Shown here piece after piece: positions 8,684-18,363 of a stretch of DNA of 64,000 nt. The DNA is taken from NCBI GenBank assembly GCA_035285865.1, contig JAYKHS010000004.1, forward strand, positions 64,824 to 128,823, read 5' to 3'. The notes beneath the pieces are model-generated. The model searched no databases. It saw nothing but the letters and a program-made list of their open reading frames with translations, and was not told the origin of the DNA. Both the position numbers and the translations under genes were made by a program. The stretch's first letter is position 1, and every line of letters starts with the position of its first letter. The stretch comes from Candidatus Sericytochromatia bacterium. GTDB lineage: Bacteria; Cyanobacteriota; Sericytochromatia; S15B-MN24; VGJW01.

Positions 8684-10279
8684 ATGGCCGAGGAACCGAT
8701 GCCCAAGCTTTACGAGTACACGGCCCACGCCGGCAACGCGATCCGCAAGGATACGATCGAGGCCGAGAACGAGAAGGAAGTCCGCGCCAAGCTGCGCGAG
8801 ATGGGTCTTTTCCCGCTTGAAGTTAGGGTCGCGCCCAAGAAGAAGGTCGACCTAAAGAAACTCCTCACGACCAAAAAGGGGGAAGGTGGCGAGGACGGTG
8901 AGGGCGAGGGTGCCGCGAAGAAGCAGGACACCAAGCCCGAGAAGATCCGGATCCAGAAGAAGAAGACCTTCGTCTACACGGCCACCCCTTTCATGGGCGG
9001 GGCTGCAACCACCGGCGAAATAGTTGCGGTTGATGAGCGGCAGGCGCGGCAACTGCTGCGGGACCGCAGCATGTTCCCGACCAAACTTGCGGTCAAGCAG
9101 TTCTGGCACGACTACATGCCCGGCAGCGCACAGGCCAAGTCTGCGGATGAAATCCGCAAGCAGCGAATGGCGGCCCAGTCGCCCTTCGAGAAGCTCATGG
9201 AGCGGCTGCTCCCCGGTTTCATGAGCAGCAAGAAGGTGCCGACCAAGGACATCGTATTCTACACCTCCCAGATGGCGACGATGATGGATGCGGGTCTTTC
9301 CATCGCGCAGACCCTCGAGATTCTGGGCGGCAGCGTGACGGACAGGCGCCTGCTCATCATCAACCAGACTGTTCTCGGCAAGATCTTTGAGGGTATTTCG
9401 CTGACGGAGGCCTTTTCTGAGCACAAGGAGTTCCTGCCGGACGTCTTCTGCGAACTTATCCAGATCGGGGAGCAGTCCGGCAACATCGAAGAGACGACCA
9501 AACGTTTGGCCGAATATCTGGAGAAGACGGCCGAGACCCAGCAGAAGGTCAAGTCGGCCATGACCTACCCCACGGTCATGTTGGTCCTGATTTCGCTGAT
9601 CGTTCTGGGGTTGATGCTCTTCGTTGTTCCGACGTTCATCAAGCTCTTCGACGACTTCAAGCTCGACCTGCCCGGAACCACCAAGTTCCTGATCGCCTCC
9701 AGCAAGTACGTGCAGAACTACTGGTGGACCTTGCCCCTCTATGCCGGTTCGGCCTGGTGGAGCGTCAACTGGTTCAGGCAGACCAACCTGGGCCTGATTC
9801 TCAAGGATCGCTTCGAATACAGGGTGCCCATCCTCGGCAATCTCAACTACAAGGTCGTCATCGGTCGTCTGCTCTACAACATGGCGCTCTTCATGCGCTG
9901 CGGCGTGCCCCTGACGACGACACTCGAGAGCCTCCGGGATTCGACGCGCAATGCCATCACGGCATCCAAGATCGAGGACATCCGCCAAGGCATCATCCAG
10001 GGCGCGCGTTTGTCCACGCTGTTCGAGGCCTCGGCCTTGTTTCCACCCTTCGTCAACCATCTGCTGGTCGCAGGTGAAGAATCCGGTGCACTCGACGACC
10101 TGATGATGAAAGGCGCCAAGTACGTGGACTCGGAGATCGAGGCTGCCATCAAGAGCATGATGGGCGCCATCGAACCGGCCATGACGGTCGTCATCGCGGG
10201 TGTGGTCATCTTCATCCTGGGCAGTCTGTACATGCCGCTGATCGGCCTGATGTCCAACACGAACAAGGCGGCGCAATGA
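8684..10279 (+). CDS. pilC: Type IV pilus / T2SS platform protein (PilC/GspF)
   Basis: QMATMMDAGL, GEQSGN, KVKSAMTYP, AGEESG, IEP...LYMP motifs; two T2SSF domains. Confidence 0.95.
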   Translation: MAEEPMPKLYEYTAHAGNAIRKDTIEAENEKEVRAKLREMGLFPLEVRVAPKKKVDLKKLLTTKKGEGGEDGEGEGAAKKQDTKPEKIRIQKKKTFVYTATPFMGGAATTGEIVAVDERQARQLLRDRSMFPTKLAVKQFWHDYMPGSAQAKSADEIRKQRMAAQSPFEKLMERLLPGFMSSKKVPTKDIVFYTSQMATMMDAGLSIAQTLEILGGSVTDRRLLIINQTVLGKIFEGISLTEAFSEHKEFLPDVFCELIQIGEQSGNIEETTKRLAEYLEKTAETQQKVKSAMTYPTVMLVLISLIVLGLMLFVVPTFIKLFDDFKLDLPGTTKFLIASSKYVQNYWWTLPLYAGSAWWSVNWFRQTNLGLILKDRFEYRVPILGNLNYKVVIGRLLYNMALFMRCGVPLTTTLESLRDSTRNAITASKIEDIRQGIIQGARLSTLFEASALFPPFVNHLLVAGEESGALDDLMMKGAKYVDSEIEAAIKSMMGAIEPAMTVVIAGVVIFILGSLYMPLIGLMSNTNKAAQ

Positions 10280-11067
10280 TCCGGCATCGCATCGCGCGCC
10301 AGAGGGGCCTTTCCCTTCTCGAGGTCACCCTTGCTGCCGTCGTCGGCCTCATTCTCTTGGCCGGTAGCGTGGCGGGTGTCCGCCAATATCAGGCTCAGGC
10401 ACGGATTTCGACCTGCAAGATGCAACTTGCAGCGCTCAGGCAGTCCATCGGCTTCTACAAGTTCAGAACCGGTTTCTGGCCCCAGCTCTATCCGGGGGGA
10501 AATGCGTCCGACAATGACCCTGGTTATGTCTCGTGGAGTGCAACCGCGACCGCTCCGACTTCGGGGCAGTCCACGCTGATCATCGCGCAGCTGCCGCCCT
10601 CTGGCGTGATTCCCGCCGGCACGCACATCGTCGTGACGGACGACGCCGGGGCGATGTGGGCGCGGACCACGGCGACCGCCAACTCGACCACCTTGGCCAT
10701 AACGCCGCCTTGGGCGCGCAGCGGTTCGGGGGCCGCTACGGTCCAGTTGGCCGGGCTGTTCGCCAATCGGGACGACAGCGGCAATCCTTTCCTGGACGTG
10801 GCGGAGCCCCCTGGTGATGTGCGATGGGGGCGTGGGCTCGGTGATCGCTGGACGGGCGTTGCCCTCGTGCGTGCGTGGGCGGATGTTTCGGCGCAGTGGC
10901 GCGTCCAGACGGGCTTCGCCTATGACGGGGGGGGGCTCACCTCGTGGGGCGGCTTGGCCTATGACCAGAGGAATGGTGAAATCCACTATTACCTGCCGTC
11001 GACCGGGGATGACAGGGCCGAGATCGGCAATTTCAGCGGGGATCCTCCCTTCCTCTGGGGTCGTTGA
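10276..11067 (+). CDS. Type IV minor prepilin/pseudopilin
   Basis: RQRG|LSLLEVTLAAVVGLILL; ATGA overlap with pilC; SWGG near the C-terminus. Confidence 0.8.
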   Translation: MIRHRIARQRGLSLLEVTLAAVVGLILLAGSVAGVRQYQAQARISTCKMQLAALRQSIGFYKFRTGFWPQLYPGGNASDNDPGYVSWSATATAPTSGQSTLIIAQLPPSGVIPAGTHIVVTDDAGAMWARTTATANSTTLAITPPWARSGSGAATVQLAGLFANRDDSGNPFLDVAEPPGDVRWGRGLGDRWTGVALVRAWADVSAQWRVQTGFAYDGGGLTSWGGLAYDQRNGEIHYYLPSTGDDRAEIGNFSGDPPFLWGR

Positions 11068-11070
11068 CAC

Positions 11071-12612
11071 GTGGCCAAGAAACGTAACTTCGTCGGACTC
11101 TACGTCAACCAGCGGCGCATAGAGGCAGCGTATTTCGAGAACGAGGATGACCCTCAGCCCGAAATCACGGTCCAGGCCAGCATCGAGGTGCCGGAGGGCA
11201 TCATTACGGATGAGGGCGAAGTCGCCGAAATCGACCAGCTTTCCGACCTCCTGAAGGAGCTGTGGGAAGAGGCCAACCTCAAGGTCTGGAGCGCGGTTGT
11301 CGTCTTCCACTCGACCAAGGCCATCGTCCGTCAGCTTCGCCTGCCGCACATGGCGGCTTCGGCCCTCCAGCAGACCGTGCTTTCCGAGGCCGAACAGTTC
11401 GCTCTCTTCCGCAAGGAAGACCCGTTGGTGGACTTCTTCGTTTCCGATCAGGAGAGCGACTTCGTCAGCGTGACCTTCGGCGCCGTGTCTTCCGAGGTCG
11501 TGAAGGGCTACAACGAGGCTTGCACGGCGGCAGGCATCAAGCTGCTTTCGTGTGACCTGCCGCAATTGGCCGGGCAGCGCGGGATCGCCTACTGGTATCC
11601 GCCTGAGCTGGACTATTGGACGGGCCTGATGCTGATGCCCGGCAAGCTCTTCGTGACCTACTGGAAGGAAGCCAATCTCCAGAACATCCGTGAGGTCGCT
11701 TTGCCCGAGCGCGAACAGATGACGCTCGACGTCATCGCGCAGGCCCACGTACCGGATGCCGTCAGGCCCATTTCGAACGATCCTGAGTTCTTCGAGGATC
11801 CGCACCTGATCCTCGGTTGCGACACGCGGGAGGAAGCTCAGGAACTCGGTCATCACATCGCGATGTCTTTCGGCTTTCTGTCGAAGATTGCGGCGCATGA
11901 CGATGAAAACGCTCCGTTGCGTGCCCCGCGCGACAGTGATGGCGAGGGCGAGGGCGAGGGGGATGAAGAGTCCTCGGGGCCGATGATCGGCCAGCCCATC
12001 TCGGTTTCCTACCTCGCCGTGGGCGCGGGTTTGTGGAGCAACAAGGGTGCCGTCGCCTCCTTCAACCTGACCAAATATGCCAGTCGCAAGGCTCTTGCCG
12101 GCCCGCTCAACATCCAGAGCCTCCAGCGTCTGGCCAAGAACCTCCCCATCGTTCCGATCGCGGGCCTTGTCGTCGGCTTCGTGCTCTCGGCCCTTATCCT
12201 GACGGCGTGGGTGGCGATCCGCGGGTCCACGCTGACGAAGCTGGAGACACAGATAGCCGACCTGCAGAAGGTGGTGGACAATCAAGCCCAGCAGTCCGCG
12301 AACCTGAAGCCCGAGGAGGCCATCGTTAAGGCCTGGATCCCGAACGAGGAATCCAAGCAGTTTGCTGTCGGCTTCGTGGGACGCCTGCGTGAGCTCACGC
12401 CGGAAGACCTCTGGTACACCGAGATGGAGTATCAAAGGGGCAGATTTCTCAGCTTGAAGGGCGGTGCGATGAAGAACGCGTCGTGCCTGTATCTGGTCAA
12501 AGAACTTCAGACCCTCAAGCAGGTCTCCACCGTAAACCAGAACAAGCTGCTCAAGACCGGCACGCACTACCAGTTCGATCTGGTTGCCAAACTGGCCCGC
12601 CAGAACCCCTAA
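11071..12612 (+). CDS. pilM: PilM-like actin-fold domain fused to PilN-like domain
   Basis: FVG...IEVPEGIITDEGEV...AIVRQLRLP..EAEQF (PilM); then FNL motif, TM, coiled coil and LRELTPEDLWYTEM (PilN). Confidence 0.75.
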   Translation: MAKKRNFVGLYVNQRRIEAAYFENEDDPQPEITVQASIEVPEGIITDEGEVAEIDQLSDLLKELWEEANLKVWSAVVVFHSTKAIVRQLRLPHMAASALQQTVLSEAEQFALFRKEDPLVDFFVSDQESDFVSVTFGAVSSEVVKGYNEACTAAGIKLLSCDLPQLAGQRGIAYWYPPELDYWTGLMLMPGKLFVTYWKEANLQNIREVALPEREQMTLDVIAQAHVPDAVRPISNDPEFFEDPHLILGCDTREEAQELGHHIAMSFGFLSKIAAHDDENAPLRAPRDSDGEGEGEGDEESSGPMIGQPISVSYLAVGAGLWSNKGAVASFNLTKYASRKALAGPLNIQSLQRLAKNLPIVPIAGLVVGFVLSALILTAWVAIRGSTLTKLETQIADLQKVVDNQAQQSANLKPEEAIVKAWIPNEESKQFAVGFVGRLRELTPEDLWYTEMEYQRGRFLSLKGGAMKNASCLYLVKELQTLKQVSTVNQNKLLKTGTHYQFDLVAKLARQNP

Positions 12613-12621
12613 GGTCGCCCG

Positions 12622-14421
12622 ATGAATCCGCTCACACGCAACATCCTCATCGTCGGGGTCATCCTGATCGTGGCCATGCTGGGCGCCGGAATCGTCACGT
12701 GGGTGATGCCGGTGGAGTCCAAGATCTCCGATCTGAAGCGGCAGATCGACACCAAGATCGTCGAGCGGCGCGAGGCCTTGAAGGCCATGCAGTTGATCGA
12801 GGCTTCGAGCAGTGCCCTCAAGAGCCGGATGGCAGAAATGGGCGAGTTCGATCTGCGCAAGGAGGACCAACCCGCCAACGCGCTCGACGGCAGGGCCAAT
12901 GCAGCGCTCATCAAGCTCTCGTCAATCCTGGAGGAGGCCTCTCTGTCCGTCCTCGCCATCACGCCAGTCCCCAAGTCCATGGATGACATCGCGCTCTCGA
13001 CCGGATCGCCCCCCGTGGCCAGCGTGGTCAGCACCAACTATACGGTCCATGTCCAAGGCAACTACACCTACATGCTGGAGGCCCTTTCCAAGTTCGACAC
13101 CCTGCCGCCCACGCTCGAGGTCGAGGGCTACCGCCTGAAGTACATTGAGAAGGATGGACTCGCGGCACGCTGCGACCTCGAATTGGACCTTGCCTTCAAA
13201 TTCTTGACTCCGCCGTCGACGGGTTCGGTCAATCCGAATGCCGACACGGGCTTCGACGAGCTGTTCCGAGATATTCGCGAGAAGGGCAACCAGCAGCAGG
13301 GCCTGTTGCCAGAAGGTGGTCTCGGGCTGGTTCTGGATTGGTTGATGCCGCCGGCACTTGCTGCCGAGCATTCGGGTCTGGCGCGGACCGCAGCTCGGGG
13401 ACGCAAGGCGGTCCGGGCTCGACCGGGCCCTTCATCGCGGGCGTCCGACCATCTGAGACCGGTGCGGGTGACGCAGGTCAGGGAGCGTCTCGTCCCGGTT
13501 CAGGCCGGTCCTGTGGTCGCATTGGCGCCCATTCTCGCGCGTGCATCCGTTCGCGCCGGATGGGGCCTGCCTCTGGGTGCCCTTCCGGGGGCAGCCAGTT
13601 CGACCGACAGCGCAACTGGCAGCGTCCCCGCGTCGGGCAGTGCGGTTCCGGGGGCGGGAGGCAAGACCCTGCCTGGTGCCCGTGGCAAGGCTCTGCCTGG
13701 CGGTCTTGCGGCGGCACCCTCTGGAAGTCGCAAGAAGGATGGCCTTGTCATCGGCAAGGCCGAGCCCTTCTGGCCCATCATCGAGGCTTCCGACGACATC
13801 GATCTCATCAACGTGCCGTCGGCTTCCGCTCCCATGGGCTTCGTGACGCGACCTGCCGCCCCCATACTGCCACCCAGTCTCAGGGTGAACGGCCAGATTT
13901 TCGCAACGCCCACGCCCTCGCCAACGCCCCTCTTGGTCGTAGCCACCCCGAGGCCCCTGCCGACCATCCGCCCCGTCAACACGATCGTCGTGCGCGGAAT
14001 CGTGATGGTGGGCAGCCAGTCTCGCGCGATTGTGGTCATGGACGGCATCACACGGCGCGTGATGGAAGGCGATTATGTCGCCGCAGGTCTTCGCGTGAAG
14101 GCCATCGATCGGTCCGGTGTGGTCTTCGATGGTCCCGGCGGGGCGGTTCGCCGGGAGCTGAGCCGCACGTGGAATCCGACGGCCGGCGGAGGCGAGACGC
14201 AGGGAGGCATCCAGGGGGCTGCCAGCCGTGGCGGTTCGCCAGTCGGGCTTCCCGGGTCGATGCCCGGGGGGGGGGGCGGTGCCTTGCCAGCGGGTGTCAA
14301 CTTGCCGCAGGGCGGTCAGCTTCCCGCGATGCCGCTCGGACTGCCCAATCCTGCCCAGCTTCCCCCGGGAACCGTCAGCCAGCCTCCGCCGCTGCCGGCC
14401 CAGCAGAATTCGGGCAGTTGA
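12622..14421 (+). CDS. PilO-like domain fused to PilP/GspC-HR-like domain with low-complexity linkers
   Basis: TM, coiled coil and VQGNY..MLEALSKFDTLP (PilO); later GKAEPFWP and VRGIV..RAIV..RRVMEGD..RVKAID (PilP/HR fold); Pro/Gly tail. Confidence 0.6.
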   Translation: MNPLTRNILIVGVILIVAMLGAGIVTWVMPVESKISDLKRQIDTKIVERREALKAMQLIEASSSALKSRMAEMGEFDLRKEDQPANALDGRANAALIKLSSILEEASLSVLAITPVPKSMDDIALSTGSPPVASVVSTNYTVHVQGNYTYMLEALSKFDTLPPTLEVEGYRLKYIEKDGLAARCDLELDLAFKFLTPPSTGSVNPNADTGFDELFRDIREKGNQQQGLLPEGGLGLVLDWLMPPALAAEHSGLARTAARGRKAVRARPGPSSRASDHLRPVRVTQVRERLVPVQAGPVVALAPILARASVRAGWGLPLGALPGAASSTDSATGSVPASGSAVPGAGGKTLPGARGKALPGGLAAAPSGSRKKDGLVIGKAEPFWPIIEASDDIDLINVPSASAPMGFVTRPAAPILPPSLRVNGQIFATPTPSPTPLLVVATPRPLPTIRPVNTIVVRGIVMVGSQSRAIVVMDGITRRVMEGDYVAAGLRVKAIDRSGVVFDGPGGAVRRELSRTWNPTAGGGETQGGIQGAASRGGSPVGLPGSMPGGGGGALPAGVNLPQGGQLPAMPLGLPNPAQLPPGTVSQPPPLPAQQNSGS

Positions 14422-14469
14422 GCATGAAGCCGTTGTCTCGGGGCTGATCCGGGGAACATAGGATCAGGC

Positions 14470-16620
14470 ATGCAGACGCAGAATCCCATGACGGGGCAGC
14501 CCGGTCCTCCCAGGCCTCCGCAGGCTCCGGGAACAGCTCCGCTGCAGGGCGCGCCGGGTGCGGTGGCCCGGCCACCGGGTGTCCCGCCCCAGGGAGCACC
14601 GCGCCCCCCGGGACCGCCACCGGGCTTTCCCCCGGGACCCCAGGCACGGCCTCCTGCTGGCCCCCCGCCAGGCTGGTCCGGGCCTCCGCCCGCCCAGGCT
14701 GCGGCACCATCGGCTCCGCCTGCCGCCCCCCCGCAGGGTGCGCCGGGCTGGGGTGGTGCTCCGCCTGCGCCGGCAGCGCCCAAGCCGGGTGGTTTCGGCC
14801 CGCCCCCTGGGGGAGCCGCAGCGCCCAAGCCGGGCGGGTTCGGCCCGCCAACGGCCGCGTTCGGAAAGCCGCCCGCCCAGGCCGCGGCCTCCTCTGATGG
14901 TGCGCTCAAGCGCCTCAAGCTGGGTGAGTGGCTCGTGGCGCTGGGTCTGCATGGCCAGGAGAAGGTCAACGAGGTCGTTGCAGCCCAGCAGGGCACGGGC
15001 CGCAAGATCGGCGAGCTGTTCGTCCAACGCGACATGATCAACGAGAAGGACCTCGAGGATTTGCTGACCTTGCAGGAACTGCTGGGTACCCACAGCTCCA
15101 TCTCCGAGTTCGCCATCGACCCCAAGCTCATGCAGATGGTGCCGCCGCAGTTCGCCAAGCAGAACGGGGTCATCCCCTTCGGCAAGATCGGTCGTCGCCT
15201 GGTCGTCGGCATGAGCCGGCCGGATGATGTCAAGACCCTCGACAGTCTGTCGTTGCTCACGGGCTTTCTGGTAGTGCCCGTCGTGCTTTCGGACCAGCGG
15301 CTCAAGGAGGGTCTTTCTCATCTCTTCGAGAAGAAGTCCGAGACGTCCAACCAGGATGCCATTGCGAGGGCAGTCAAGTCGGCCGGCAAGGACGACGCGA
15401 TGTCTGCCGCGGCCCGCAAGATCGAGGACCTTGGGGCAACCAATTCGGATTCCGACGCGCCCATCATCGAACTGGTCAATTCGATCCTGAACGACAGCAT
15501 CGAGTCGGGCACCTCGGACATCCATCTCGAGGCTCGCGAGAACTACCTGGAGGTTCGCTTCCGGATGGACGGCGTACTCACGAAGATGCTCGAAGTGCCC
15601 AAGTCCATCGAGATGTCGGTCTGCACCCGTTTCATGGTCCTGTCCAACATGAACATCACCGAGAAGCGTCGTCCGCAGGACGGGCGATTCTCCGTCAAGT
15701 CCCGGGCGGGCGACAAGATCGATTTCCGTGTCTCGATGATCTCGACGCACTTCGGCATGAAGTTGTGCTTGCGCTTGTTGCGGCCCATGAACATGAACCG
15801 GAGCCTGACGGAGTTGGGTTTCGACCCGGAGGATGTCACCAAGTACCAGCGCCTGCTGCATGCCCCGTCGGGCATCATCCTGGTGACGGGACCGACCGGC
15901 TCGGGCAAGTCTTCCACGCTGTATGCCAGCCTTGGCATGATGAGCAAGGACACCGAGTCCGTCATCACGATCGAGGATCCGGTCGAGTTCCCTTGCGAGG
16001 GGATCAGCCAGATTCAGGTGAACCCCAAGATTGATCTGACGTTTGCCGCAGCGCTCAGGACCATCCTGCGTCAGGATCCTGACGTCATCATGGTGGGTGA
16101 AATCCGCGACCACGAGACCTGCGAAGCCGCTGTCCATGCCGCCATGACGGGCCACCTCGTGCTGTCCACGCTTCACACCAATGACGCCGTCCAGACCATC
16201 AACCGCCTGATCGAGATGGGTGTGCCGCCGTACATGGTGTCCTCTACCGTCACCGGCGTCGTGGCCCAACGTCTGTTGCGTCGCGTCTGTCTGAAGTGCA
16301 AGATTGAATATCAGGCCAGTGCGGAAGAGCGGGAGTTCCTGGGCGTGGCTGCCGACGCACCCTGCACGCTCGCCAAAGGCGAAGGTTGCGAGCACTGCAA
16401 GCAGACAGGCTTCAAGGGGCAGCTCGCCATCTTTGAGATCTTCATCATGTCCAAGCGCCTGCAGTCGTTGATCAACAGTGGCGAGTCCGTCCTGTCGATC
16501 ACCGAAGCCGCGAAGGAAGAAGGCATGACGACCCTGATGGACGACGGCAAGCGCAAGGCCCTGAAGGGTTCCACCACCGTTTCAGAAGTCCAGCGCATCT
16601 GCGGCCTTGGCGAGTCATGA
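14470..16620 (+). CDS. pilB: Pilus assembly ATPase PilB/GspE
   Basis: SDIHLE, PQDGR, Walker A GPTGSGKS, TIEDPVE, LRQDPDVIMVGEIRD, GHLVLSTLHTN, two CxxC; Pro-rich N-terminus and MshEN-like motif. Confidence 0.95.
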   Translation: MQTQNPMTGQPGPPRPPQAPGTAPLQGAPGAVARPPGVPPQGAPRPPGPPPGFPPGPQARPPAGPPPGWSGPPPAQAAAPSAPPAAPPQGAPGWGGAPPAPAAPKPGGFGPPPGGAAAPKPGGFGPPTAAFGKPPAQAAASSDGALKRLKLGEWLVALGLHGQEKVNEVVAAQQGTGRKIGELFVQRDMINEKDLEDLLTLQELLGTHSSISEFAIDPKLMQMVPPQFAKQNGVIPFGKIGRRLVVGMSRPDDVKTLDSLSLLTGFLVVPVVLSDQRLKEGLSHLFEKKSETSNQDAIARAVKSAGKDDAMSAAARKIEDLGATNSDSDAPIIELVNSILNDSIESGTSDIHLEARENYLEVRFRMDGVLTKMLEVPKSIEMSVCTRFMVLSNMNITEKRRPQDGRFSVKSRAGDKIDFRVSMISTHFGMKLCLRLLRPMNMNRSLTELGFDPEDVTKYQRLLHAPSGIILVTGPTGSGKSSTLYASLGMMSKDTESVITIEDPVEFPCEGISQIQVNPKIDLTFAAALRTILRQDPDVIMVGEIRDHETCEAAVHAAMTGHLVLSTLHTNDAVQTINRLIEMGVPPYMVSSTVTGVVAQRLLRRVCLKCKIEYQASAEEREFLGVAADAPCTLAKGEGCEHCKQTGFKGQLAIFEIFIMSKRLQSLINSGESVLSITEAAKEEGMTTLMDDGKRKALKGSTTVSEVQRICGLGES

Positions 16621-17584
16621 CCCCTTGGGCGTCCGGGCGGCTGCCGCCTGGGTGCTCGATCGGACGCGGCTTGTTCGTCTGGATGTCTCGGCTGTCGGCA
16701 GGCTGGCAGATCGCTGGTTGCAGGACGGGATGCCAACGGCGCCCGACTGGCACGACGGTTGGCACTGGCGGGGCTCCGACGCCGACACCGCCACTTTCGT
16801 TCTGGTCCTCGACACCCTGAACCACTGCTTCTGGCCCGGCTCCCCGCGCTGGTCCGTGACGGGGCCCGACGGGACGCCGGTGAACGGCTACAGGGCGTTG
16901 GCGCACGTGCTTTCCTGTCACGCGCGCAGCGGTGACCGGGCGTTCCTCGATGCTGGCGAACTGGCGTCCATGGATGCGGGGCGCCTCCGTCGCCTGCTGG
17001 GCGGCACGGGCGACTTGCCGTGGCTCGAGGAGCGTGCCCTGCACCTGCGTACGCTGGGATGCTGGCTGCTGGATGCCTGGGACGGGCGATTTCTCGGTGT
17101 GCTCGAGCAGGCAGGTGGGTCGGGGATTGCCGTTGCGCAGCGTGTGCTGGACGCCCAGCCTTCGTTTCGGGACGTCCCTGTCTGGCAGGGGCGCGCTTTG
17201 CCCATGCTCAAGCGCCTGCAGATCCTGGTTGCGGATCTGGCCGCTGCGTTCGGGGGCGAGGGGCCTGGAGCCTTCGACGATCTCGAGGCGTTGACCGGCT
17301 TCGCCGACTACAAGGTGCCGCAGGTCCTCGAGGCGTTGCATGTCTTGCGGTATGACCCGCATCTGGAAAGTGCGCTGGAGCGCGGCGAGGAGTTGCCGTG
17401 GGGGTCCGAACCCGAGTTGGCCATCCGCGCGGCGACGCTTGCGGCGGTGGATGCATTGGCCGATGCATGTGCTGAACGGGGACACCGTGTGCGACCGTTG
17501 GACGTGGACGTGCATCTGTGGACCATGGGGCAGACGATGCCGCTGCCGCGGCCCTACCATCGGACACGAACCTGGTTTTATTAG
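16607..17584 (+). CDS. qng1: Queuosine-nucleotide N-glycosylase (Q salvage, DUF2419)
   Basis: LDTLNHCFW, KRLQILVADL, LTGFADYKVPQVL, ELAIRAA and C-terminal HRTRTWFY; start codon uncertain. Confidence 0.85.
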   Translation: MASHDPLGVRAAAAWVLDRTRLVRLDVSAVGRLADRWLQDGMPTAPDWHDGWHWRGSDADTATFVLVLDTLNHCFWPGSPRWSVTGPDGTPVNGYRALAHVLSCHARSGDRAFLDAGELASMDAGRLRRLLGGTGDLPWLEERALHLRTLGCWLLDAWDGRFLGVLEQAGGSGIAVAQRVLDAQPSFRDVPVWQGRALPMLKRLQILVADLAAAFGGEGPGAFDDLEALTGFADYKVPQVLEALHVLRYDPHLESALERGEELPWGSEPELAIRAATLAAVDALADACAERGHRVRPLDVDVHLWTMGQTMPLPRPYHRTRTWFY

Positions 17585-17694
17585 ACAAATCCTGTCGTGG
17601 TTGGCTGGATTTGCAACACGTCTGAAAAGTGTCTAACCTATTGTAGTCTCACTGTTGTCTTGATTTTGCCTCACCAGCAAGGAGCATCCAGCCC

Positions 17695-18363
17695 ATGGAC
17701 CTGAAGAAGGCCTTCGAGGCCCTTGGTACGGGAGGGGGCGAATGGGTCCTCTGGGTGCTCGTCGCCCTGTCTGTCCTGTCGATCGCCATCGTGCTGGATC
17801 GCGTCTGGTACTTCTGGTCCAACCGGGAGCAGCCAGAAGTGGTCATGGGGCGGGGCATGGCGGCCCTGACCACCGGCCAGTGGTCGATGCCGGAGGTCTC
17901 CGGAAACGGGCCGGTCGGCAGGATGTTCCGATTGGCCGGTGAGGACTGGGCTCTGGGTGCCGAGCGTCTGCGCGCAAGGCTCGTGGCGCAACGCCTTCAG
18001 GAGCGCGCGGCGGCCGAGCGCGGACTCGTGCTGCTCGGTACGCTGGGCAACAACTCGCCGTTCATCGGGCTCTTCGGCACGGTTCTCGGCATCATCAAGT
18101 CGTTCCGTGACCTCGGCTCGGCAACGAACCAGGGACCGGCAGTCGTCATGACGGGCCTGTCCGAGGCGCTCGTTGCGACGGCCGTCGGCATCTTGGTCGC
18201 CATTCCCGCCGTCATTGCCTACAACTTGGTCAACCGGCGCATCCGCGTCATGGACTATCGCCTCGAGGAGGCCTCCGAGGCCGTGGTTGCCCTGGCCAAG
18301 GCGACCTCGGCGGGGTCCGGTGCGGTCGAACGCGAGGAGGCCGGCCGTGCACGCGGGGCGTGA
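17695..18363 (+). CDS. exbB: MotA/TolQ/ExbB proton channel
   Basis: LGTLGNNSPFIGLFGTVLGI; EALVATAVGILVAIPA. Confidence 0.9.
   Translation: MDLKKAFEALGTGGGEWVLWVLVALSVLSIAIVLDRVWYFWSNREQPEVVMGRGMAALTTGQWSMPEVSGNGPVGRMFRLAGEDWALGAERLRARLVAQRLQERAAAERGLVLLGTLGNNSPFIGLFGTVLGIIKSFRDLGSATNQGPAVVMTGLSEALVATAVGILVAIPAVIAYNLVNRRIRVMDYRLEEASEAVVALAKATSAGSGAVEREEAGRARGA

Noticed and set aside
9874..12870. 998-aa minus-strand ORF (also 8852..10276, 14464..16395, 19625..21196)
   Set aside because: Antisense shadows of clear plus-strand pil and TBDR genes, expected in high-GC DNA
17585..17694. Fur box or cobalamin riboswitch upstream of exbB
   Set aside because: AT-richer, but no convincing Fur consensus or B12-box core by eye
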